IMG/VR virus record: IMGVR_UViG_3300021962_000023
Location: 64,001 to 128,000 of that record
Direction: 5' to 3' (one strand)
Length of the DNA stretch: 64,000 nucleotides
Origin: a virus
In this document: in pieces, positions 9,130-16,451 of the stretch
Numbering within the stretch: position 1 is the first letter of the stretch
Layout: each line of letters opens with the position of its first letter
The notes under the pieces: model-generated
What the model was told of the DNA's origin: nothing
Seen by the model: only the letters and a program-made list of their open reading frames with translations
Databases searched by the model: none
Made by a program: the position numbers and the translations under genes

Positions 9130-9984
9130 TTAGTTGTTGAATAAATCATCAAATGCCGATGCTACATCATCTTTTGGTGCTGCTGCTTTAGGAGCTTCTG
9201 CTTTTGGAGCCGGAGTTTCCCAAGGCAAGTCACCGAATTCTTGTGTACCACCCAAATCTGCCGATGGTTGTGTTGGTGTTGGTTTTGGTGCTTCCAATGC
9301 CTCATTTACAGGGTTACCTGCGCCGTTAGCGTTTGCTGTTGGGTTTAACCAATTTTCTAATACACCTTTTAATTCATCATAAGATAATTCCTGATATAAT
9401 TCAGTAATTTCTTTTTGTCCATCTAACAATTGTTGAACCTGTGTCGCATCATCTAAGATTTTAGAAGTTGCCGGCTTAACTCTGATTGTAGTTGTTGGAT
9501 AAGCCGCATTTGATTCTTCAGCTGATACTACTTCTAATACGATATCTCTACCAGTAATTGGGTCAGTAATATCTCCGTAATCAGGGTCAGCGATGTATCC
9601 TAAGATGTCCTGATAAACAGTCTTACCAAATCCCCAAAATTTAACACCTTCATTTTCCTTACCACGAACGATAACTGGTGCAAATGTTCTTAACTTTGGC
9701 TCCATCTTCTTACCTGCTTTCCAATCATCAGTATCACCTGTTCGTTTAAGTTTTTCTGCAAACTCTACGATTGGGTCAGGTCTACCAAATGACATTGGAG
9801 ATAAATAAGTTTTGTTGTTAATATTGTAGTGAAAATACAATTCAATAAAAGGATTATCTTTGTTGAATTTGTAAGGTACTAAACGGATTTGAGATTTTCC
9901 GTTTGCCGGTTTCCAGATTGAATCCGACTTTTTTGTGTTGTTTTGAAGAGAGCTAAATCTCTTTAGTGCTAATGAAATGTCCAT
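9130..9984 (-). CDS. gp32: single-stranded DNA-binding protein, T4 gp32-like
   Basis: WKPANGKSQIRLVP, PFIELYFHY, GVKFWGFGKTVY, DITDPITGRD, acidic tail ending AFDDLFNN. Confidence 0.85.
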   Translation of the reverse strand: MDISLALKRFSSLQNNTKKSDSIWKPANGKSQIRLVPYKFNKDNPFIELYFHYNINNKTYLSPMSFGRPDPIVEFAEKLKRTGDTDDWKAGKKMEPKLRTFAPVIVRGKENEGVKFWGFGKTVYQDILGYIADPDYGDITDPITGRDIVLEVVSAEESNAAYPTTTIRVKPATSKILDDATQVQQLLDGQKEITELYQELSYDELKGVLENWLNPTANANGAGNPVNEALEAPKPTPTQPSADLGGTQEFGDLPWETPAPKAEAPKAAAPKDDVASAFDDLFNN

Positions 9985-10025
9985 TGCTTTTTTGTTTTAA
10001 AGTTTATAAAAATTGTTTAAGTTTT

Positions 10026-10067
10026 AAGGTTTTATATCGATACTTACCTATATCTAAATATAACCTT
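10026..10067 (-). promoter_or_regulatory. RNA hairpin in the gp32 leader (candidate autogenous operator)
   Basis: minus-strand AAGGTT/AACCTT outer stem, ATAT/ATAT and GATAT/GTATC inner stems, followed by an unstructured A/U tract up to the gp32 ATG. Confidence 0.45.
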
Positions 10068-10083
10068 TTCGTCTTTTGTTACA

Positions 10084-10115
10084 CAAATATACGAAGTTTT
10101 TTTGGATTTTCCAAA
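10084..10115 (-). promoter_or_regulatory. Bacteroidota-type housekeeping promoter
   Basis: TTTG-N20-TATATTTG upstream of gp32. Confidence 0.8.
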
Positions 10116-10484
10116 TTATTTTGCCCATTTGTTTCTAGTCACCAATTGTGAGATAACCGAATAAACTGCAAGGTCTTGATAGGTATCTTCAATCGATTCT
10201 CCTACCTCATCTGGCTGACCTAATACTACTAATTGTTTTAATCTTTGGATTTTATCATTTTTTCTGAACCATAATCCACTTAATGATAACTTAACATCTT
10301 CTTTGGTTTGAAGTGCCGTTCCTACCGAAATGTTACCAGGTCCGTAGTTTCGTTGTTTCTTACAAAATGTAACATACATTTCGTCTAAAATGTTTTTGAA
10401 CTCATCCGTCATTTCAGGATATGTTTCTTCGCAATATGAGATTGCGGATACATTTTCAATTGTTGAACCTTTTTCTTTTTCCAT
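10116..10484 (-). CDS. nucleotide modification-associated domain (Nmad1/DUF1599-like) protein
   Basis: KKQRNYGPGNI...RKNDKIQRL...ESIEDTYQDLAVYSVI helical pattern. Confidence 0.75.
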   Translation of the reverse strand: MEKEKGSTIENVSAISYCEETYPEMTDEFKNILDEMYVTFCKKQRNYGPGNISVGTALQTKEDVKLSLSGLWFRKNDKIQRLKQLVVLGQPDEVGESIEDTYQDLAVYSVISQLVTRNKWAK

Positions 10485-10487
10485 AAC

Positions 10488-10613
10488 TTATTTTTTTAAA
10501 TTCCACTTTTTATTTAAATACTCATAATACTCCTTGTGCTTCCTACCATTGTATAGAAAATACACCAAATGGATATCAATCCAAAATTCGATTTTTTTCA
10601 GTAACTTTTTCAT
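10488..10613 (-). CDS. small hypothetical protein (41 aa, below the ORF-track cutoff)
   Basis: manual translation MKKLLKKIEFWIDIHLVYFLYNGRKHKEYYEYLNKKWNLKK fills the gap exactly between two genes. Confidence 0.6.
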   Translation of the reverse strand: MKKLLKKIEFWIDIHLVYFLYNGRKHKEYYEYLNKKWNLKK

Positions 10614-10917
10614 TTGATTTATTTATTTTTTGTTTAAGTTTCATAGCTAAAGCGCACACTTCATACTCCTCATATTCAACGAGAGTTTTTACATTTTCAT
10701 CCAATAAATCTAAAAATTCTTTACTGTCAATTGCAAGTGTAATTACAATCATACCTCGTACAATGATACGAGCAAAATCGACTTTGTTTTTTTTATTACG
10801 AATTCCAAATTCAATACCTTTAATGATAGCAGTGGATATTTCCATACGATGTGTTTCGAAAATATCCGATGGGTCATTTGCTTGTATTTCGATAGGTTTG
10901 AATCTATTTCTTTTCAT
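10576..10917 (-). CDS. hypothetical protein
   Basis: 113 aa ORF with its own promoter; C-terminal EYEEYEVCALAMKL helix. Confidence 0.75.
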   Translation of the reverse strand: MKRNRFKPIEIQANDPSDIFETHRMEISTAIIKGIEFGIRNKKNKVDFARIIVRGMIVITLAIDSKEFLDLLDENVKTLVEYEEYEVCALAMKLKQKINKSNEKVTEKNRILD

Positions 10918-10921
10918 ATTA

Positions 10922-10953
10922 CAAATATATGAAAAATAAATTAGAATTCCAAA
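10922..10953 (-). promoter_or_regulatory. Bacteroidota-type housekeeping promoter
   Basis: TTTG-N20-TATATTTG, 4 nt from the ATG at 10917. Confidence 0.75.
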
Positions 10954-11348
10954 TCATTAGTATTAAAACTTTTGAAAACTTTTGTAGGGATTTTTTTGTA
11001 ACCTATGTTAGATGTAGTGATTATGCAATTTCTGAATTCATCCCAATCAATCATATATGAATTATCCAACATACCACCTGTTTTTGATTTAACTACTTCG
11101 TTTAAAGCGTTAATGGTATATATGGTATTTGATTGTTTTTTTCTATGTACCAAAATAGTTTTCCATTCTGATGGAATAGCAGATGAACCTTTACCCACAT
11201 TAAATGTAATAAAGGCTTCTTCAGGTTTTATTTTGCTTTCTAAAATGAAAACATTTGGATTTGTTAAAGTATAGTTTGTTAATACAAAACTAACCGATTT
11301 ATCTAACTCTTCCTTTGTCGTAAATAGGCAAAGTAATTGTGTATTCAT
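10941..11348 (-). CDS. hypothetical protein
   Basis: 135 aa ORF, stop/start coupled to the upstream gene. Confidence 0.8.
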   Translation of the reverse strand: MNTQLLCLFTTKEELDKSVSFVLTNYTLTNPNVFILESKIKPEEAFITFNVGKGSSAIPSEWKTILVHRKKQSNTIYTINALNEVVKSKTGGMLDNSYMIDWDEFRNCIITTSNIGYKKIPTKVFKSFNTNDLEF

Positions 11349-13399
11349 TATGCTTGATTTATTTTATTGTCTATTTCTTTACAAGCCATCTGAAATTCTT
11401 TTGATGGTAAACATTCTAAAGAAACAGCCCCATTATATCCAACTCCCTTTTCTCTCATTTGAATATTAGCTATTTTTAATGGTTTTGCATTATTACCCTT
11501 TGCTGAATATGTTAATGATGCCACACCATTTGTAACTTTAATACTTAAAAATTCTTTTATATTATCCCACTTATCAGTTCCAAACATTTCTTGCATATGT
11601 TTTTGTGTGATATACATACTATCAATTTGCATTGTTTCAACCCCCTCAACCATTGTTTTAACAGGAATTGCTTCTTGCAATTTTCTCAATAACATACCTT
11701 GGAAATCTTTATTAGTTGCCATTTTTTTAGCAGCTTCTTGCATAAATCCATATGTTATTTCTTTGTGAGATTCTAACCAATCGGTTTTACCAGAATATGC
11801 TCCTAACATTTTATGATAAACCATTACTGCTTTTTTGAAATCCTTTGCACCTCCACCAATATTTTTTGCAAAATCTTCCATATCCATTTGTTTAACACTA
11901 TTTAGATATGATTGAACTCTTAATGCCAATTGAGCTTCATTTTTATCCATAGCTAATGGGTCATTTTTCTTACGGCTTGTACAATCTTCAATTACCTTAT
12001 TAAAATCTTTCTTTGGTATTTCTCTAATCAATCCAAATCCTCTTTGTGCACTTTCTAATTGTGCATCTTGCAACTCTTTATTTTTAATAGGTGCCTTTGA
12101 TAATGCGATTTTAGAATATTCTCTTAATTCTGCATCTTCATTTTTACCAAAACGAGGGTCTTTTGCATCTTTCATATTCTGCAAATCATTAGCTCTACTC
12201 TCTTTTTCCGGTCCTAATGTATAGAACCAGTTTTTAGCTTCACCTAAACCTGCATTTAATAAAAATATTTCCCAATTCTTTTTACAACTGATTTCAATGT
12301 TTTCAATTTGCCCTTTTATTTTAACTTGTGCATTAATATCAGTTGAATCACCTTTATCATCGTAATTTGCACCCAATGCTTCTTGTTGTTGTCTAACATC
12401 CCAAGTCATACCTGTAACTTCCCAATTTCCATCACCATATTGTCTGTTCATATTTTTAATGAACGCATCATGTGCACCTGAAAATTCTTTAATCCAAGTT
12501 TTATCTAATATAGGAGTTCCACCTGCTTTTTCAATTGCATCAGCGTTTTGTACTAATGAATCTATAAATTGATTTCTCAATTGAATACCTTTTGGCGTAT
12601 TTGGAAACGAATATACCGCTTGTAATGCCAACTCGTTAGCTTGTGCTGAAATTTTACCTGCGCCATATTGGTCGGTAATCATACTAATAGGTGGTTCGAA
12701 ATCACCTTGCTTAGACATTTTTAAAATACTTTTTAAAGCATCATATCCAGCTGGTGGTAATTTACTTCTCAACATTGCATCCGATTCTTTTGGATATTCA
12801 TATTTTGTAGTAATACCTTGTGGATATGTTTTCTTAAAATTAGAAAGAGCCTTTTCAGTTGAAACGCCTGATGGTGGTAATGCTTTTAATCTATTTGCTG
12901 CTCTTTTTTGGTCAACTGTTTTAGAACCTCTAGTACCATATTTTTGTTTTGGTGGAGCAACTACTACACCTTTTTTAACATCTACCTCTTTTGATGTAGA
13001 TTGTTTTTTCTTCTCAGCTCCACTCAATCCAATATCAGCTTTTGGTGCAATATTTTGTTTTCCTACATTTGGTTGTGATGGAGTTTCTTTTGGTATCGTA
13101 CCACCATTTTTCTGCTTTGCTTTAGCTATTTCGGCAGGTGTTGGTTTAGTATGATATGTCGGGTCCATCTTCTTAACCACATAGATGTTTCCTGATTTTT
13201 TATTTTTAACTACATCATCTTCATTCAAATACGAAAAATACACTCTAGCTCTTTGTGCAAGATGTGCAGCATCCGATATACCATTCTCTCTTAAAATATC
13301 GATTAAATGATTAACATGAGATTCTTTGTTTAAATCGGGTATTCCCCCATCTACTCTATAACTTAACTCGTCTAATATTTCTTTGAAATTCGGAATCAT
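11348..13399 (-). CDS. large hypothetical protein with possible PD-(D/E)xK nuclease domain
   Basis: 683 aa; SAQANE...GDSTDI...IEISCKK has E...D...ExSxK spacing; Lys/Pro-rich linker after the N-terminal domain. Confidence 0.45.
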   Translation of the reverse strand: MIPNFKEILDELSYRVDGGIPDLNKESHVNHLIDILRENGISDAAHLAQRARVYFSYLNEDDVVKNKKSGNIYVVKKMDPTYHTKPTPAEIAKAKQKNGGTIPKETPSQPNVGKQNIAPKADIGLSGAEKKKQSTSKEVDVKKGVVVAPPKQKYGTRGSKTVDQKRAANRLKALPPSGVSTEKALSNFKKTYPQGITTKYEYPKESDAMLRSKLPPAGYDALKSILKMSKQGDFEPPISMITDQYGAGKISAQANELALQAVYSFPNTPKGIQLRNQFIDSLVQNADAIEKAGGTPILDKTWIKEFSGAHDAFIKNMNRQYGDGNWEVTGMTWDVRQQQEALGANYDDKGDSTDINAQVKIKGQIENIEISCKKNWEIFLLNAGLGEAKNWFYTLGPEKESRANDLQNMKDAKDPRFGKNEDAELREYSKIALSKAPIKNKELQDAQLESAQRGFGLIREIPKKDFNKVIEDCTSRKKNDPLAMDKNEAQLALRVQSYLNSVKQMDMEDFAKNIGGGAKDFKKAVMVYHKMLGAYSGKTDWLESHKEITYGFMQEAAKKMATNKDFQGMLLRKLQEAIPVKTMVEGVETMQIDSMYITQKHMQEMFGTDKWDNIKEFLSIKVTNGVASLTYSAKGNNAKPLKIANIQMREKGVGYNGAVSLECLPSKEFQMACKEIDNKINQA

Positions 13400-13407
13400 T
13401 ATTTTAT

Positions 13408-13869
13408 TTATCTTTTTGATGCGTAAATTTTTGTAGATTTAGTTTTAACTGCATCATGCGGTCTAAATACTTGGAATCGTGTACCATCTTTAAAAACTAT
13501 ATTTCCACCATGTGGGCTGGTACGAGTATATACACCACTATCTCCCTTACTTAATCTGTTTGCAAGTTCTTCGGCCTCTTTATCTACAAATCCGTGTCTA
13601 TCTTTAACTTCTAAACCTTGTGAAAGAGAGTTAGATACCATTGATACATCTACTTGCTTATCTGCTTTTATATCAGTTATAGATTTATCAGCACCTCCAC
13701 CAAAAACGGATGTTCCTTTAACTTTGGCAGCTTGGCCAGCAGTTGTTGTTTTACCAGCTATCGTAACTTTGGTATCCGGTCTTAATTGGTGTTGTTTATG
13801 ATATGCATCAAATGCGTCCTGATTTCTAAAATCAATTTCTTTTAAGGGGATTAGGTTTACTAATTTCAT
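13408..13869 (-). CDS. hypothetical protein with MKL..L...E leader (possible internal head protein)
   Basis: 153 aa; starts MKLVNLIPLKE; preceded by the late motif. Confidence 0.6.
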   Translation of the reverse strand: MKLVNLIPLKEIDFRNQDAFDAYHKQHQLRPDTKVTIAGKTTTAGQAAKVKGTSVFGGGADKSITDIKADKQVDVSMVSNSLSQGLEVKDRHGFVDKEAEELANRLSKGDSGVYTRTSPHGGNIVFKDGTRFQVFRPHDAVKTKSTKIYASKR

Positions 13870-13902
13870 ATTTTACGTGTTTATTCCTATATAATTATAT
13901 GA

Positions 13903-13910
13903 TATAAATA
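13903..13910 (-). promoter_or_regulatory. putative late promoter TATTTATA
   Basis: exact octamer 33 nt upstream of ATG 13869. Confidence 0.6.
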
Positions 13911-13917
13911 TAAATTT

Positions 13918-15186
13918 TTAATCTATTCCAACTAAATTATCGTAATTAGTTCCCTCTTCCACTTTGACAGGGAATCCACCCACCTCCATAATCGACTTTA
14001 CTTCACTCAAAACCCAATCCCTTTCAACAGGATGTGTATCTATAAGAAACGCATCGTAGGTGTACAAAATCATTTTACTCATCTTACCATTCAGTAAATC
14101 TAACACCTTCTCAATCTTCATATAGTTCACTTCAGTTTCCAACGCCTGTAACAAATAGTTGAATACCTTTTGTTCAGTCGCTCCTTCGATTTTTGAGAAA
14201 TGAATTTCCCTCTTATAAAGAGGAGTCGTTAAACGACCGGAAATTACGAACTTTTGGTACAATCCCCTTATATACTTTTCTACTTCCGCAAAGAAAGGTA
14301 TTCTTCTTGCGTTATCATCTAACCCCCCATACAAATATGTGAAGGTTATCTTCTTCGCAGTTTCATAATCACATCCATATAAGTCGGCAAGGTGTTGGTG
14401 AGCGGTAACCCCTTTAGGAAATTCGTATCCAACCAATTTGGCAATCAATCGTATGTGATAAGACTCGTAATCGAATTGTAAGAGAGTACCATTTGGATTT
14501 CTACTAACGAAGCACCCCCTACTCCCATCCGATTTGTTTAAGGCAGAGTAGTTAATGTTTAAGTGTCTATTGGAAGGTCTACCCGTTGTTGTGTATGGAT
14601 TGTATTGTGTGTACACCAATCCTCTTTTGATGTAATCTTTGGAAAGGCTAAAACTATCAATAAATTTTTCTTCTTCGACTTTCACCCCAGCCCCCTCCAG
14701 CCTCCCAAGTGTTCGGATAGCTGATGAATATGTGATTGATGATTGGGTAATCGTATTTGTTACAGGCATTGCTTTTAACACCTCATACCACTTCATTAGA
14801 GGAATACAATCATTCAACTCTTTATAATCGATTCTATACCCCTTATACACCGATTCAGCGAACTCATTGAATATGAATGGTTTACCATATTGTTCAAAGT
14901 ATATCCATTCGTAATCAAGTCCTTTTGTTGCTACATATCTATTTCCTAATACAATTGTATTTTCTGAAACTAATGTATCAATTGGAAATTTCTCAATCTT
15001 TTTTGCATCTATATGATTGATATTGATTATACCATCATTTCCATCGTTCAATCTATAATAGATAAACGATATACGATTCATAAATGGATGTGCTTTGTGG
15101 GAACTCCATACGGGTACTATCAAATCAATTGTTGGATTTGATTTGACAAAAAAATGTAGGGCAGATTTAGTTTCTATTAAATTCAT
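13918..15186 (-). CDS. polA: short family A DNA polymerase (polymerase domain, degenerate N-terminus)
   Basis: TTTGRPS, motif A FDYESYHIRL, motif B AKKITFTYLYG, NYLLQ, motif C YTYDAFLID. Confidence 0.85.
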   Translation of the reverse strand: MNLIETKSALHFFVKSNPTIDLIVPVWSSHKAHPFMNRISFIYYRLNDGNDGIININHIDAKKIEKFPIDTLVSENTIVLGNRYVATKGLDYEWIYFEQYGKPFIFNEFAESVYKGYRIDYKELNDCIPLMKWYEVLKAMPVTNTITQSSITYSSAIRTLGRLEGAGVKVEEEKFIDSFSLSKDYIKRGLVYTQYNPYTTTGRPSNRHLNINYSALNKSDGSRGCFVSRNPNGTLLQFDYESYHIRLIAKLVGYEFPKGVTAHQHLADLYGCDYETAKKITFTYLYGGLDDNARRIPFFAEVEKYIRGLYQKFVISGRLTTPLYKREIHFSKIEGATEQKVFNYLLQALETEVNYMKIEKVLDLLNGKMSKMILYTYDAFLIDTHPVERDWVLSEVKSIMEVGGFPVKVEEGTNYDNLVGID

Positions 15187-15192
15187 ACCCTA

Positions 15193-15224
15193 CAAATATA
15201 CAAAAAATATTTTAATTATCCAAA
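15193..15224 (-). promoter_or_regulatory. Bacteroidota-type housekeeping promoter
   Basis: TTTG-N20-TATATTTG upstream of polA. Confidence 0.8.
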
Positions 15225-16001
15225 TTACTCTCCCCAATGTTTTTTACGAAGTTCGTACATATCGATTGCTTCTCTCTTCATTTGGTTACCTGGATGGAAA
15301 TATGCTCCTTTTTTTAAATACCCACCTAAGAAGTTTCTTCTCATTCTATTAGGGTCTCTATTTGGTTCTGAACCGTGTACTACATGGGAGTGTAATAATG
15401 CTACCTGTCCTTTTTTCAAATAACCCTCTACCTTACGGAAATCATGTCCTTCTGGCATTACACAACTTTTACCTCTTTCACTTCTCCAGTTATCAGTATT
15501 TGTTGCTTTTCTTTCTTCGTTATCTTCAATTGGTAAAACTGGTAATCTATGTGAACCTTCATAGTTCCATACTGCTCCGTTTTCAGGGTCGTGATTATCT
15601 AATGCTAATGCGGTATTGATAATCTCATTGTGTCCACATCCTGTGTAAAATGCGTTTTGATGTTGGTCTCTTCCTAATTCACCTTTTGGTTTGTAATATC
15701 CCCAAGTTTGTAAACCAACAACTTCTCCTTCCATTAAGAATTCAGCTGCTTCCATAATTTTTGGATGTGCAAATAATTTTTCAATTAAAGCAGATTCTCT
15801 ATGTGGATACATAATAGGTTCGAACTCTTGCCATTTGCCAGGTTCTCTTTCATTACGCTCTACACGTAATCTATCTAATTCTACATTGATTTCATCCACT
15901 TCAGTTTCAGTAAGTAATTCTAAAACAGTGAATCCACGATATCTCCAATCAAATGACATTTGTTGAAGTTCTTCCGTTGTAAGATGTTTGTATTGTGCCA
16001 T
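15225..16001 (-). CDS. phytanoyl-CoA dioxygenase (PhyH)-family Fe(II)/2-oxoglutarate oxygenase
   Basis: FDWRYRGFTVL, HQN, ALDNHDPENGAVWNYEGSH, LLHSHVVHGSEPN, MRR. Confidence 0.85.
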   Translation of the reverse strand: MAQYKHLTTEELQQMSFDWRYRGFTVLELLTETEVDEINVELDRLRVERNEREPGKWQEFEPIMYPHRESALIEKLFAHPKIMEAAEFLMEGEVVGLQTWGYYKPKGELGRDQHQNAFYTGCGHNEIINTALALDNHDPENGAVWNYEGSHRLPVLPIEDNEERKATNTDNWRSERGKSCVMPEGHDFRKVEGYLKKGQVALLHSHVVHGSEPNRDPNRMRRNFLGGYLKKGAYFHPGNQMKREAIDMYELRKKHWGE

Positions 16002-16018
16002 AACTTATTTAGTTTATA

Positions 16019-16026
16019 TATAAATA
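16019..16026 (-). promoter_or_regulatory. putative late promoter TATTTATA
   Basis: exact octamer 17 nt upstream of ATG 16001. Confidence 0.5.
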
Positions 16027-16072
16027 TATATAAGATTTTTTATCAAAAAGAATAAAATCTAAATGATTTTTA

Positions 16073-16447
16073 TCATTTGTAAAATTGTAAAAGATTAGGT
16101 AAATATAATCCTATATTGTTTAGTTTACTACTTACCAATCTAATAGATGCGGTATTGGATGATTGTACACTTATATCCGATATATTTCCATTTGAATCAT
16201 ATACAGTACTCAAAGGACCTTTGATTCTCCACTTCATATCTTCTACTTTCCAAAATGGCGATTCATTTAATTCGGAATATACTTCTCTATCTACTTCGTA
16301 AATATGTCCATAGATATCATTTGCTTTTTGAGCAAAATATCTTCTAATGTAACCAGATTCATAATCGCTATCAGTTGGGGATGGTACGATTGTTTTTGGA
16401 ATCTCTATTTTAAATAAATCTAAATTATTAGCAATATCTTTATACAT
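16073..16447 (-). CDS. hypothetical protein, baseplate region
   Basis: 124 aa ORF directly downstream of the hub gene. Confidence 0.7.
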   Translation of the reverse strand: MYKDIANNLDLFKIEIPKTIVPSPTDSDYESGYIRRYFAQKANDIYGHIYEVDREVYSELNESPFWKVEDMKWRIKGPLSTVYDSNGNISDISVQSSNTASIRLVSSKLNNIGLYLPNLLQFYK

Positions 16448-16451
16448 ATTT

